From IMG/VR virus record IMGVR_UViG_3300042502_001732, positions 64,001 through 128,000 of that record: a stretch of DNA of 64,000 nucleotides, one strand, 5' to 3'. Numbering within the stretch: position 1 is the stretch's first letter; the number at the start of each line of letters is the position of its first letter. The position numbers were made by a program, and so were the translations under genes. Below are positions 10,797 through 20,952 of the stretch, one piece after another. This DNA is from a virus. The notes under the pieces were generated by a model, which saw nothing but the letters and a program-made list of their open reading frames with translations, had not been told where the DNA came from and made no database searches.

Positions 10797-11567
10797 ATGA
10801 AAACATTAGTAGTTTGTCCAACTTATGGGAGAGTTCCATATTTAAATCGTATGGTAGCTAGTTTTTTATCACAAACATATGATGATAAACATTTAGTAAT
10901 TATAAATGATGATAAAAATGTAGAAATATGCTGTGATAACAATCAAGTCACTTGTATAAATTTAAATAAAAAAATTCTACTTCCACAAAAAAGAAACATC
11001 GGCATTATGCTAGGATATTACGATCTTATCATGCAATATGACGATGATGATATTTTTTTACCAAACAGAATATCAAATCATGTTCAAAAACACATTGAAA
11101 ATCCAGATATTTGGTATTATTGGAATATGTCATCATATATTATATATGGAGATAAATTTGAAATCGCTGGATGTTCTCCCAATCACAGTTCTTTTTTAAG
11201 AAAGGCGTGGTTTTCTGTTGGTGGATATGCCAACAATGAAAATATCGGAGATGATATGGAATTTTTTTACAAAATACCAAACAATTTTAAAAAGGAAGAA
11301 AATGATCCAACATTAGCTGATTATGTTTACAACTTCGGCGGAGTTAACTATCACGCATCTTATGAAAAAGATATTAGAATAGATGAAATTGCATATAATC
11401 AATTATCTAATATGAATTTAATAGGTAAAAAATATTGGATAGAACCAGATTATGAAGAATATAACAAATTCTTGATATTAGAAAATTTATATAAACAGAA
11501 AAAAGAATCTTTAATTATTAAACATATAGATCAAGGAAAAATCGGTATAGATCATTTAATGATATGA
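10797..11567 (+). CDS. glycosyltransferase family 2
   Basis: CPTYGR, INDD, KRNIG, YDDDDIFLPNRI, GDDMEF. Confidence 0.85.
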   Translation: MKTLVVCPTYGRVPYLNRMVASFLSQTYDDKHLVIINDDKNVEICCDNNQVTCINLNKKILLPQKRNIGIMLGYYDLIMQYDDDDIFLPNRISNHVQKHIENPDIWYYWNMSSYIIYGDKFEIAGCSPNHSSFLRKAWFSVGGYANNENIGDDMEFFYKIPNNFKKEENDPTLADYVYNFGGVNYHASYEKDIRIDEIAYNQLSNMNLIGKKYWIEPDYEEYNKFLILENLYKQKKESLIIKHIDQGKIGIDHLMI

Positions 11568-11800
11568 TAAAACAATTGATTTTCTAATTTTTTAAAACGA
11601 GCATCTGAATGCCACACCTCATCTGTTTGAGGTGTATAAATACCATCTTTTGTTATGATAGATTTACCTTTTTCCAGAGAGAGAATAGAAGGTTGATAAA
11701 TGTTGTATATAGGCTCTTTCTTGAATGAGCCTATCTCGCAAGATGTCAGCCCTATCATTACTATCATTAGTTTTAGAAGATCGCAACTTTTCAATTTCAT
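11552..11800 (-). CDS. lipoprotein, o-spanin-like
   Basis: LTSC lipobox; overlaps the 3' half of 11664-11924 in another frame; homologous to 48101-48340. Confidence 0.6.
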   Translation of the reverse strand: MKLKSCDLLKLMIVMIGLTSCEIGSFKKEPIYNIYQPSILSLEKGKSIITKDGIYTPQTDEVWHSDARFKKLENQLFYHIIK

Positions 11801-11924
11801 TGATAATTTGTTCTTGGTTGATTCTAGATTTTTGAATCATATCATAATAAAATGCTCTATTCTTTAACTCCAAAAAAGCAGTTAAAGCAGATAGAGCATT
11901 TTTAATTAATCCTATAATATCCAT
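11664..11924 (-). CDS. i-spanin-like protein
   Basis: N-terminal hydrophobic helix plus coiled coil; nested with the lipoprotein; homologous to 48234-48434. Confidence 0.5.
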   Translation of the reverse strand: MDIIGLIKNALSALTAFLELKNRAFYYDMIQKSRINQEQIINEIEKLRSSKTNDSNDRADILRDRLIQERAYIQHLSTFYSLSGKR

Positions 11925-12112
11925 TATTCGCCTTTATCTTTTGCTTTGCCGATATTAATGGCAGCAAAATCGATAAGAGCGTACAATTTAGCAAGGAATG
12001 TACCTGGAGCTGGTGTTGGTGTAGCTGCAGCAATAGCTGATGCTAACGCTACAACTGCTGTGATTATATTCAATATATCATTACCAGTGACGAGTTCTAA
12101 TATTGTATTCAT
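11924..12112 (-). CDS. small membrane protein (holin-like, ASAIAAATPTP family)
   Basis: Hydrophobic helices; near-identical core to 48435-48623. Confidence 0.55.
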   Translation of the reverse strand: MNTILELVTGNDILNIITAVVALASAIAAATPTPAPGTFLAKLYALIDFAAINIGKAKDKGE

Positions 12113-12149
12113 ACACTAGTATTTAGTTCACTGCCTAATAAATATTATT

Positions 12150-12785
12150 ATGGAGTTTCCAGGTAAAAAACAAAAAGTAATGAATGTTCAGAAGGCTTTA
12201 GGACTATCAACTGATGGTATTGATGGTCCTAGAACATGGGATGCTATTGAAGAAACTGTTGTAAAGGACAAGCCTCAAACAGTTCCTACTACTCCTACAG
12301 GCAATACATTAGCTGAAAAGTTAGTAGCTCTAGCAAAGAAAGAAGTAGGTGTGGAAGAAGTTAACGGGACCAACTGCGGTCCTAGAGTTAACGAATATAA
12401 ATCAGCAACTTGGTTAGATTCAACGAAATCATGGCCTTGGTGCGCTGCTTTCATTTGCTGGTTGTTTAGAGAAGCAATGAAAGATGGTAAGTATAGCTTC
12501 GAAAGACCCAAGACAGCAGGTGCTTATGATTTTGAAAATTGGTGCAGAGAGCAAGATACACATGTTCTTTTAAAGAAACCTCATAATGGCGATATTAAGC
12601 CTGGAGATATTGTTATCTTTAACTTTTCTCACATTGGATTAGCAATTGGAAATCCAGATTCTGCTGGTTATGTTAAAACAATCGAAGGAAACACTGATGG
12701 CTTTGGATCTCGTGAAGGCGGAGCGGTGTTAGAAAAAAGACGTAAATTGTCATCTATACGTAGTAGAATTAGAGTTGTAATTTAA
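12150..12785 (+). CDS. endolysin: PG-binding domain plus CHAP amidase
   Basis: VQKALGLSTDGIDGPRT; PWCAAF, SHIG, TIEGNT. Confidence 0.9.
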   Translation: MEFPGKKQKVMNVQKALGLSTDGIDGPRTWDAIEETVVKDKPQTVPTTPTGNTLAEKLVALAKKEVGVEEVNGTNCGPRVNEYKSATWLDSTKSWPWCAAFICWLFREAMKDGKYSFERPKTAGAYDFENWCREQDTHVLLKKPHNGDIKPGDIVIFNFSHIGLAIGNPDSAGYVKTIEGNTDGFGSREGGAVLEKRRKLSSIRSRIRVVI

Positions 12786-12810
12786 TATCAAATAATTAAA
12801 TAAAAATACT

Positions 12811-13008
12811 ATGATCAAAAGAATAAGCGATAACTCTGTTAAACTTTGCTGCAATAATAATGGTTGCCCAACCGTAACTGATATTGGTGAAGGATTAATT
12901 GAAATTACAGACGATAACGGCAATAAAATCGTTGTCAAGAAAGAAGAAGCGAGTTTAATTTCTGACGGTGTTAAAACACTCGATAAAGAAAATCTCATTC
13001 TTGGATGA
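12811..13008 (+). CDS. small Cys-containing hypothetical protein
   Basis: CCNNNGCP; TAAATA upstream. Confidence 0.55.
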   Translation: MIKRISDNSVKLCCNNNGCPTVTDIGEGLIEITDDNGNKIVVKKEEASLISDGVKTLDKENLILG

Positions 13009-13271
13009 ATTTAATTTATCACACTTTCGTATTATTAGGAATATGCTTCATATTAAAATATGGAGCTATTCTTAATTTTATAAGAAATCCTTTGAAAAAA
13101 ATATCTTTTTTTAAAGAACTTTTTAATTGCTGTTTGTGTATGGGATTTTGGATTGGTTTATTTTATTCAACAATTTCCCAAATGCCTTGGACTTTATGTT
13201 TTTATTCTGCCGCTGTTTGCTGGATCGCGGATTATATTATACAAATAATTCAGAAATATTTGTATAATTAA
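13005..13271 (+). CDS. DUF1360-like membrane protein
   Basis: ELFNCCLCMGFW motif and TM helices. Confidence 0.6.
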   Translation: MNLIYHTFVLLGICFILKYGAILNFIRNPLKKISFFKELFNCCLCMGFWIGLFYSTISQMPWTLCFYSAAVCWIADYIIQIIQKYLYN

Positions 13272-13882
13272 CGTTTAACTATTGTGTTTTTAATATTGTT
13301 AACCAATAATTCAAATCCTGTTATTTGATTTTTATCAAATTTTCCAGCTTTAGTTCCGATACTTATATAAAAATATTGTTTATCTACCACGCCTATATTG
13401 TACATTATATTTTGTGTAACTCCTAGATGTTCAAAATGATGTTTTAATTGACACTCATTCATTTCTGAAACATCACTAATACAATAACCAGCTCTTATAA
13501 CTTCTAATAAATTTTTAATATAATCTGAATCTATTGAAATATTTTCATATGTTGGTATTTCGTTCAAATTATTTCTATTCCAATCTTTATATATAGCTGA
13601 TGTATAAAATGATTTTCCAACTTGGGGAATCCCCCCTCCATTATGAGCTGCAAAAATAATAGCATGGTCTGCTCCAGCCTTTATTATTTCATATAAGTAT
13701 TCTTGTATATCTATACTATCTTGTAAAAATTCTAACATTTTTAAATTAGAAAAAGGTCTTCTTTCTACAAAAAATTTAATCATAGATGTTGTTGCTTTTA
13801 TTAAAGTAACTAAAGCACCAGAACTGATCAGAGCCATTAATATTAAAAATCCTCCGCTCTGTGTATCAAAAAATTCATTCAT
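13268..13882 (-). CDS. single-TM plus GAF-like domain protein, T4 holin T-like
   Basis: N-terminal TM, then ADHAIIFAAHNGG GAF-like fold; near the endolysin. Confidence 0.55.
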   Translation of the reverse strand: MNEFFDTQSGGFLILMALISSGALVTLIKATTSMIKFFVERRPFSNLKMLEFLQDSIDIQEYLYEIIKAGADHAIIFAAHNGGGIPQVGKSFYTSAIYKDWNRNNLNEIPTYENISIDSDYIKNLLEVIRAGYCISDVSEMNECQLKHHFEHLGVTQNIMYNIGVVDKQYFYISIGTKAGKFDKNQITGFELLVNNIKNTIVKR

Positions 13883-13947
13883 GTTTATTATATTATTTAT
13901 AAAAGAAAATTAATTTTTTAAAAAAATTATGAAAGATAAATAATAAA

Positions 13948-14328
13948 GTGAATAGCAAATATATAGAATTAATTGATAGCGTGTATTCCTCTATTTTAGA
14001 GGAAAAAAACGATAATTCATCTATCGATGAATTTATCAAAATACGATCAAACGGAGCTAAAAAAATTGAAAAACAAGCCAAAGAAAAAGGCGGAGCTTCG
14101 ATATTAACAGCGATTCATTTTAAAGCAAAAGAAATTCCATATGAACATTGCTTAGAAAATTCAGAAGATATAAAATCTATAGAAAAAAAAGCAGATCTTG
14201 TTTTTAATAAACTTAAAAATTGGAAAAATTTATCACAAAGACAATTTCAAGCTTTGATGGGTGAACTTGAAGCTTATGGTGAAATTTATATAAAAATTAA
14301 AAAGCCAAACAGTATAAATTTAAATTAA
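13948..14328 (+). CDS. hypothetical protein, probable internal head protein
   Basis: TAAATA upstream; N-terminus ...LIDSVYSSILEE. Confidence 0.5.
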   Translation: MNSKYIELIDSVYSSILEEKNDNSSIDEFIKIRSNGAKKIEKQAKEKGGASILTAIHFKAKEIPYEHCLENSEDIKSIEKKADLVFNKLKNWKNLSQRQFQALMGELEAYGEIYIKIKKPNSINLN

Positions 14329-14682
14329 TTATTTTTGTTGTAATCTATACAACAAATGATTGAATTCTGCTTCGATTTCATCTTTGATATTTTTTAAATC
14401 ATCAAATCCTTCAGAGATGGATGATAAATATGAAACGATCTCAGTTTTTAATGATGTGTACGAAGATATCAAATCTCCTTTATATGATTCCACTTTAATT
14501 GTATAATTTGTATTATTATTGGGAATTGTCGTTCTTCCGTAATAAACTTCTACAAACTTATCAAATAATTCATCCAACGTTTCGTATGCAGTTGATAACG
14601 CTTTATGTTCAGCATAACTCTTAGTTTGCCAATGATCAACCTTTAGTTGATTTAAAACCGTGAAAACTGCAATCAAATTCAT
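14329..14682 (-). CDS. ferritin/Dps-like protein (DUF5856-type)
   Basis: HWQTKSYAEHKAL...DKFVEVYYG...NIKDEI...LYRL. Confidence 0.75.
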   Translation of the reverse strand: MNLIAVFTVLNQLKVDHWQTKSYAEHKALSTAYETLDELFDKFVEVYYGRTTIPNNNTNYTIKVESYKGDLISSYTSLKTEIVSYLSSISEGFDDLKNIKDEIEAEFNHLLYRLQQK

Positions 14683-14686
14683 ATGT

Positions 14687-14965
14687 TTATTTATGAGGTT
14701 TTTTAGCTTTTTCAACTTTATCCAATAATTTGTAATAATCTATTCTCTCAAAAAGATGATGAGATGCTATAGTTCTTGCTTGCTTTTCGTCTAACGGATT
14801 TTCTGGATCTTCCTCATGTTCCATTTCTATTTTCATTCCATCATTCAATGCGGTTTCTACATCTTCTTTAGAAACGCCATGCTTTTTCATTATTTCTTCA
14901 ACAGTTTTTGGCGGCTTCATTCCTTCATAAATTAAACCGATATTGATTGAATCTTTATTAAGCAT
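14687..14965 (-). CDS. DUF5661-like protein
   Basis: GMKIEMEH...ARTIASHHLFE..DYYKLL. Confidence 0.65.
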   Translation of the reverse strand: MLNKDSINIGLIYEGMKPPKTVEEIMKKHGVSKEDVETALNDGMKIEMEHEEDPENPLDEKQARTIASHHLFERIDYYKLLDKVEKAKKPHK

Positions 14966-14997
14966 TTATATATTTAATAAAAATGATAAATATAAAT

Positions 14998-16239
14998 ATG
15001 AGCTTTTACGAATTTTACAATTCCATCATAAATGAAAATTTAGTTCTCAAAAAAAGACCAATACAATTAGATGATGGTTCAACTGTATACGAATTTATAG
15101 TTGATAGTGATATTGAAAATCCCAGAGATAAAAGCAACGAAACATATAAAAATAAAGATAACATAAAAAAAGCTGGGTTCGTGTGGAATAAAAATATTGG
15201 AAAGTGGACAAGTTCTGAAAAATTTTCTTTAGAAAATTTACAACAAGGAATTGCAAAATATAAAAGAGCCATTTTATCAATAAACAAAGATTTTAATGCC
15301 GTCGGATTTGATGATTATGCTGACGACCTTGAAGAATTTTTAGATCTTGGAATAACTGATAAACTTAAAGAATTCTTCACAGAATTAAAAGAAAAAATTA
15401 AAAATGCAAAAGATTCCCCAGAAGTTAAAGCGTTTTTTGAATTTAGAAAAAATTTCACCAATAGAAGTTTTAATAATCAAATGCTTATATTCATGCAGAA
15501 TAGAAAAGCAACTCATGTAGAAGGCAAAAAAACATGGGAAACGAAATTTGGAAGAAGACTCAAACTTGGAGCAAAATCAATTAAAATTTTTGTTCCTATC
15601 ATATCTAAAGATAAAAAGAATGAAGATGCTCCACAAGCTGATATGAAAGTTGATGAAACTCAACAATTAAAAGGATTTACAATTGGCAATGTATATGATA
15701 TATCAGATACTGTACCAATAGAAGGCAAGGAACATATGTATGTACAAGAACCAAAATGGTACGATGATGCAACCCCAGATGAAAAAACTAGATATCTTTA
15801 TGATGCTCTTGTTAAATTTGCCGAAGAACATAATGTTCAAGTATCTATAAGTGATGAGGGATTAGGCGGAGCTAGAGGAGTCAGCAGAGCAGGATCAATA
15901 CAATTGATGCAAGAAAACATATCAACAATGATTCATGAATTAACTCATGAAATTTTACACCCCGCTGATAAAAGAAAAGAATTATCAAGTGAAATAAAAG
16001 AATTACAAGCGGAAGGTGTAACATATCTAGTATTGAAACATTATGGTCTTCCTACATCACACGCTGAAATATATCTAGCTCTTTGGGAAAAAGATCCAGA
16101 AAATGTAAAACAAAATGAAGAAATAATAAGAGACACTGCTAAAATGTTTATTGAATATATTGACAATGCTACTATGAATTCTTCAGAAGAATCTCCCGTT
16201 CAGGAATCTTATATAAACAGCTTGAAAGCAATGTGGTAA
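14998..16239 (+). CDS. ArdC-like ssDNA-binding plus zincin metalloprotease protein with head-targeting N-terminus
   Basis: RSFNNQMLI..Q...AT.V.G.KTW...GR.LK.G.K.I.IFVP (ArdC-N); IHELTH...ELQAEGVTY (HExxH). Confidence 0.8.
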   Translation: MSFYEFYNSIINENLVLKKRPIQLDDGSTVYEFIVDSDIENPRDKSNETYKNKDNIKKAGFVWNKNIGKWTSSEKFSLENLQQGIAKYKRAILSINKDFNAVGFDDYADDLEEFLDLGITDKLKEFFTELKEKIKNAKDSPEVKAFFEFRKNFTNRSFNNQMLIFMQNRKATHVEGKKTWETKFGRRLKLGAKSIKIFVPIISKDKKNEDAPQADMKVDETQQLKGFTIGNVYDISDTVPIEGKEHMYVQEPKWYDDATPDEKTRYLYDALVKFAEEHNVQVSISDEGLGGARGVSRAGSIQLMQENISTMIHELTHEILHPADKRKELSSEIKELQAEGVTYLVLKHYGLPTSHAEIYLALWEKDPENVKQNEEIIRDTAKMFIEYIDNATMNSSEESPVQESYINSLKAMW

Positions 16240-16240
16240 T

Positions 16241-17077
16241 ATGAAAAGCTTTGAAAATTTTTACGAAAACTATACAAACGAGTCCGAATTAAATGAAGGA
16301 TTCAAAGAGAATTTAATAAATTCATTACTGGCATTGTTTAGTATGGGAGCCGCTGTTTATGAAGGAAATTATGTTCTTAATTTCTTAAACAATCAACCAG
16401 CCCCAATGGAACAAAAAATCGATGCTTTAAATCAAGTAAAAGACCAAACAGACAATATAAAGATTAAAAAAGCCGTTGATGATGCCATTCAAAAAATAAA
16501 TCAACCAGCTCAAAAAGTAAAAGAAAACATCACTGGGGAAAAATCTAAAATATTAGATCTCGCTGTAAAACTTACATTGCCAAGTGAAATATTAGGAACC
16601 AATATATATGATAAAGTGAACGATAGTTTTATGAGACCATATCTTGATGACAAAGGATATTGGACGATTGGGGTTGGTCATTTATTAGGTAGCGAAGCTA
16701 AGAAAAATTTTTGGATACAAAATAGAGCAAAGCAAGGAAAATCAGCCACTTTATCAAGACCAGAGGCGCTGGCTCAATTTAAACAAGATCTTGAAAAACA
16801 TCATAATCTAGCACAAAAGAAATTCCAAAAGGAATGGCATAAATTTCCAAATGAACTCAAAGCGGTGTTAGTAGACATATCATTCAGAGGAGATCTTGAG
16901 AAAAAAGGATTAGGTGATTTCGCATTCGTTGAACTTTTAAAACAAGGAAAATATAAACAAGCAGCGAAAGAATATTTGGATCACACTGAATATAAATCAA
17001 GAATGAAAAAGGATAAACCAGACGGTGTTGTGAAAAGAATGAACAGAAACGCTGCTATTATATCAAAAACGACATAA
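16241..17077 (+). CDS. lysozyme (T4-lysozyme/GH24-like) with head-targeting N-terminus
   Basis: PYLDDKGYWTIGVGHL; N-terminus MKSFENFYE...LNEG. Confidence 0.75.
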   Translation: MKSFENFYENYTNESELNEGFKENLINSLLALFSMGAAVYEGNYVLNFLNNQPAPMEQKIDALNQVKDQTDNIKIKKAVDDAIQKINQPAQKVKENITGEKSKILDLAVKLTLPSEILGTNIYDKVNDSFMRPYLDDKGYWTIGVGHLLGSEAKKNFWIQNRAKQGKSATLSRPEALAQFKQDLEKHHNLAQKKFQKEWHKFPNELKAVLVDISFRGDLEKKGLGDFAFVELLKQGKYKQAAKEYLDHTEYKSRMKKDKPDGVVKRMNRNAAIISKTT

Positions 17078-17124
17078 CATTAATTCTATTGACAATGTAT
17101 TTTCATGTGGTAAGTATTATACAT

Positions 17125-17862
17125 ATGAAAACAAAAAACATATTGTTGGCAGTCGCAGCATTTGCTGCATTCACAAGCGTACAAGCTGGTACAGTTGAAC
17201 CTGTAACTGTTACAGCTGAAGAGTCCTCGACACCATCCATTGTTGTTGAAACTGGATATTCTTCTGAAAGCGTGTGGCGCGGTGCTGACCTTGGCAGAGA
17301 CGAAGCAAGTGCTGTTGTAACTACAACCACAGAATTACCAATTGGTGTTGGTCTTGATCTGGTCGCTGGTTATAGCAACGCTGACACTGAAGTAAAAGAC
17401 GAAGAAACCGATCTTTCTGCAGTTTTCTCAAAAGAGATTGCTGATTATCTTGTTTCTTTGAGTTATACTTGGTATTCGCAAGACTTTGCCAAAGATGGTA
17501 GTGGACAAGCGCAAGAAGCTGGTCTTTCGGTTTCGCGTGAAGTTGGACCTGTTGATGTTACATTCACTCAATACCTTGCGATCAAGGGTGATAATAACTC
17601 ATACAGCGAACTAGCAGCAACATACAGTGACGATTTCGGTCTTCCTGTTGTGTTGGATTTCCGTTCTGAACTCGGCTATCTTGCTCAAGAAGGAAAATGC
17701 ACTCATTTTGAAACTAGAATTTCAACCGATATTCCAGTTTTGCAAGAAGTAACAGCAGTTCCGTTTGTTGCATATTCTCTTGGTCTTGATGACTCTGTAG
17801 GTGCGCATTCAGACATGCATAATGTTTTCTTCGGTGGGATCGAGTTTAAGCGCTCGTTCTGA
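17125..17862 (+). CDS. outer-membrane beta-barrel (TorF/Gcw_chp-like porin)
   Basis: Signal peptide ending VQA-GT, YSSESVWRG, amphipathic beta strands, C-terminal Phe (GGIEFKRSF). Confidence 0.75.
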   Translation: MKTKNILLAVAAFAAFTSVQAGTVEPVTVTAEESSTPSIVVETGYSSESVWRGADLGRDEASAVVTTTTELPIGVGLDLVAGYSNADTEVKDEETDLSAVFSKEIADYLVSLSYTWYSQDFAKDGSGQAQEAGLSVSREVGPVDVTFTQYLAIKGDNNSYSELAATYSDDFGLPVVLDFRSELGYLAQEGKCTHFETRISTDIPVLQEVTAVPFVAYSLGLDDSVGAHSDMHNVFFGGIEFKRSF

Positions 17863-17895
17863 TTTAGATATTCAAAAACCAAAATAAAAACCAAT

Positions 17896-17928
17896 ACCGT
17901 CTTGTGAGAAATCGCAAGGCGGTTTTTT
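17896..17928 (+). terminator. intrinsic terminator
   Basis: ACCGTCTTGTGA-GAAA-TCGCAAGGCGGT plus T-run. Confidence 0.85.
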
Positions 17929-17963
17929 AATGTAAAAATTTTATTATATATTAAATATTAAAT

Positions 17964-20027
17964 ATGCGCAAAGATTTTTCAGAATTGTCATTTTTATATG
18001 AAAATGTTCTTATAAATGAAATATCTCAAAAATATGTGGATGTTATAAAAAAAGCTGCCAATGACCATGTGTTACCATTTGAAAATGTTTTTAACAATAA
18101 GTTGAGGATTATACTTCCCATCAAGGGAACTGAAACATACAATGCTATTTTAAATGATATTTCAAAAATAAAAGATTTTGATCGTTTCGATCCAGAAAAA
18201 AAAGAGGTCGTTAGAAAAATAAAACTCGATCCAAAATATGGCGGGGGAGAGAAAGAACAAAAAATAAACTTGGGAAGAGCGATCAATTCTTTAAAAATTG
18301 ATCCAGAAACAAAAAAGAAATATTTAAATTGGTTTGCCAATTACGAATCCAACATACCAGAAATGAATGATCTTAAAAGATTTTCTGTGGTTGTTTCAAG
18401 AAGTCCAATTGATGTGTTGAGAATGTCTGATATCAGCGATATAGAATCATGTCATAGTCAAGGCGGTGCGTATTTTCAATGTGCGATTCAAGAAGCTATA
18501 ACAGGCGGGGCTGTGGCTTATGTTGTACACACCAGAGATCTTAAAAAATTATCAGACGATGAGTTTCAAAATGAAGAAATATTCGAAGACAAAGAAAGAA
18601 ACGTCAAAGGAATCGGCGTATGGTCTAGATTAAGAATAAGAAGATACGAAATAGAAGAAAACAACAATGATATCGGGATTCCAGAAGTCAGAATCTATGG
18701 TCGAAAAATACCAGGATTTTATGACACTGTGAAAAACTTTTTAACAAAATCTCAACAATACAGCGTTGATAATCTTTATAAATTATATAAAAATAAACAA
18801 CTTAAAAAAACTGGTGGCTCTTATTCAGATTCCAGCGATAGTCAATTATTCAATAGAATGTACGACACTGATGTTTTTTATGGAAGCATTCGTCACGAAG
18901 ACAATGATGAAAATGCGGGTAGAGAAGCGCAATTCGAAGAAGAATTAGCAGGATTTCAAAACCGTTTCGAGTTTGAACATTGTAATGCGGGTTATAGTAT
19001 TGATGGAGATGATGATTATGTTTATTATACAGCGTGGGGAGCAATCAATATAGATCTTGGAGAATATCAAGTGATTGATGATTTTGTAGAATTTGACAGC
19101 GAGTATGAGATAAGCCAATTAAAAAAATACAACAAAGATTCTCAACACCAATGGGAAAGATCACTGCCATATAATTTTAAAAACAGAAACCAAGAATCCT
19201 CAATAAACACTTATAAAAATTTCCTAACAGATTTTGAACAATACGATAGCACATCTTTCGTAGAAGACTCGTTGGCTTCGATAAGCATAAAAAGAAATTA
19301 CAATGAAAAAACGGGAAATTGGGAAAAAAATCATTCATCAATGTCGCTGGGAATATTATTCAACAACGAAGAAAGCACAGACGACACTGACGAGTATCTC
19401 TCTTTCTTGAGAGAGGTTGACAACATAGATGGAAACTACGAATCAATCAAAAAAGCATTATTAAAAGCTTTATTGAAAAACGGTTTGATAAAATCAGGAC
19501 CAGATATGGAAAAATATACCACCATATCAAAAGAAAAAGAATTTGTAGAAGATATAAAGAACTTTGAATTTGATACGTCAGAAGACGCATTAACAACTGA
19601 TATATTTTTGGGAAGATACACAGAGCTATCAAAAGATGTTGCTTACGCAAACATCAGCATGATATTTGGAGAAGCACTTGAAAAATATCTAGACACGTAT
19701 TACAAATCACCGCAAATCAATACACAGCAAACCACATTTGATAAGTTTTTTGAAAACCACTACAACGAAACGCTTGTTAATAAGTATGGAATAGAAAATA
19801 TCAAATGCAGATACACCACCCAAGCATTCAACACCGAATTATACAACATGAGTTTGGAAATAAAATTCGAAGCATTGAACAGCAAAACCGCGCCAATTAT
19901 CAAATTCCTAAATGATCACTATGATGATATAACCAACATAGCCAAAATGTTTTTCTTAAAACTCGCCAAAATAGAAAACCAGGACACCAAAAGATTACAA
20001 CAGGTGTATGGTAAGTTATTACAATAA
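17964..20027 (+). CDS. large hypothetical protein, probable internal head protein
   Basis: TAAATA upstream; N-terminus MRKDFSELSFLYENVLINE; SR.PIDVLRMSD...SCH motif. Confidence 0.7.
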   Translation: MRKDFSELSFLYENVLINEISQKYVDVIKKAANDHVLPFENVFNNKLRIILPIKGTETYNAILNDISKIKDFDRFDPEKKEVVRKIKLDPKYGGGEKEQKINLGRAINSLKIDPETKKKYLNWFANYESNIPEMNDLKRFSVVVSRSPIDVLRMSDISDIESCHSQGGAYFQCAIQEAITGGAVAYVVHTRDLKKLSDDEFQNEEIFEDKERNVKGIGVWSRLRIRRYEIEENNNDIGIPEVRIYGRKIPGFYDTVKNFLTKSQQYSVDNLYKLYKNKQLKKTGGSYSDSSDSQLFNRMYDTDVFYGSIRHEDNDENAGREAQFEEELAGFQNRFEFEHCNAGYSIDGDDDYVYYTAWGAINIDLGEYQVIDDFVEFDSEYEISQLKKYNKDSQHQWERSLPYNFKNRNQESSINTYKNFLTDFEQYDSTSFVEDSLASISIKRNYNEKTGNWEKNHSSMSLGILFNNEESTDDTDEYLSFLREVDNIDGNYESIKKALLKALLKNGLIKSGPDMEKYTTISKEKEFVEDIKNFEFDTSEDALTTDIFLGRYTELSKDVAYANISMIFGEALEKYLDTYYKSPQINTQQTTFDKFFENHYNETLVNKYGIENIKCRYTTQAFNTELYNMSLEIKFEALNSKTAPIIKFLNDHYDDITNIAKMFFLKLAKIENQDTKRLQQVYGKLLQ

Positions 20028-20438
20028 TCAACCTTCCATAACTTCATCTAAATCATAAAAGCTATTTATAAAATTGATATTGGCTTTTTGGATTGGTGTG
20101 AATCTGTGTGTAACTTCTTTTTCGTAAAATGTTTTGTTCTGCGAAAAAACAATTCGAACCCATCCCAAAGAAAAAAGAGTATCGTATACTCCTTTTTTGG
20201 AAGAAGTCCCAATACTATCTAAAATTTGTTTTCCAACGATTTCATGTTGTCCAACACCACCACGCACCACTGCAAAATTACCATGGCGATCCATCCAAAA
20301 CCCATAAGGTTTGTTCATAGGCAAACGAACAATGCTGTTGTGTATTTTCAAGGTGTCTTGATCATCAAAAGCTTTTGTTTTACTTGCTTCTTCAATCATT
20401 TCAAGATAAATACTGTTTATATCTAAACGATAATTCAT
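20028..20438 (-). CDS. hypothetical protein (PYGFW...H...GWVRI family)
   Basis: N-terminus ..INSIYLEMIEE. Confidence 0.6.
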   Translation of the reverse strand: MNYRLDINSIYLEMIEEASKTKAFDDQDTLKIHNSIVRLPMNKPYGFWMDRHGNFAVVRGGVGQHEIVGKQILDSIGTSSKKGVYDTLFSLGWVRIVFSQNKTFYEKEVTHRFTPIQKANINFINSFYDLDEVMEG

Positions 20439-20446
20439 AATTTTAT

Positions 20447-20920
20447 TTAATATAATTCGTTTTGTATAGAAGATAAGTATTCTCCATCCAGAGTTTGGAT
20501 TATTTTGGATTGCACAACAACACCAGGATTGATGATAATCACCGAAAGGTTTTCGTTTCTAATGTCTCCTTCGCCTGTGTTCTTGTAAAACGCTACATCA
20601 TAATCACCCAAACCTTCAACATAATCATAACCGTGATCAGAGCCATCGTCTGGCAACAACTTTGGATACACATCACCCGTTCTAATAATTAGCTCATAAA
20701 GATAATATGTGTCATACTTTCCTTCGTCATTGATCATATAATCAGCGCGAATCAACGCTTGTTGACGAGTACCACAATGAGATCCCGAAACGTAATCTCG
20801 CTTATCACCACGAGCAGAACTACGAAAAACTTTTAAATATTCCACACCTTCAACGTCTTTAAACTTTGTATTTGCCGTTAATTCTTGAGTGTTATAGAAA
20901 GATTCCAAAAAGCTTTTCAT
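20447..20920 (-). CDS. hypothetical protein, possible ADP-ribosyltransferase-like fold
   Basis: TAAATA upstream of ATG 20920; VFR...H.GT..QA...Y.N..E pattern; fold call is tentative. Confidence 0.5.
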   Translation of the reverse strand: MKSFLESFYNTQELTANTKFKDVEGVEYLKVFRSSARGDKRDYVSGSHCGTRQQALIRADYMINDEGKYDTYYLYELIIRTGDVYPKLLPDDGSDHGYDYVEGLGDYDVAFYKNTGEGDIRNENLSVIIINPGVVVQSKIIQTLDGEYLSSIQNELY

Positions 20921-20952
20921 AGGATTATTTAATTGACTAAATATTTTAGATA

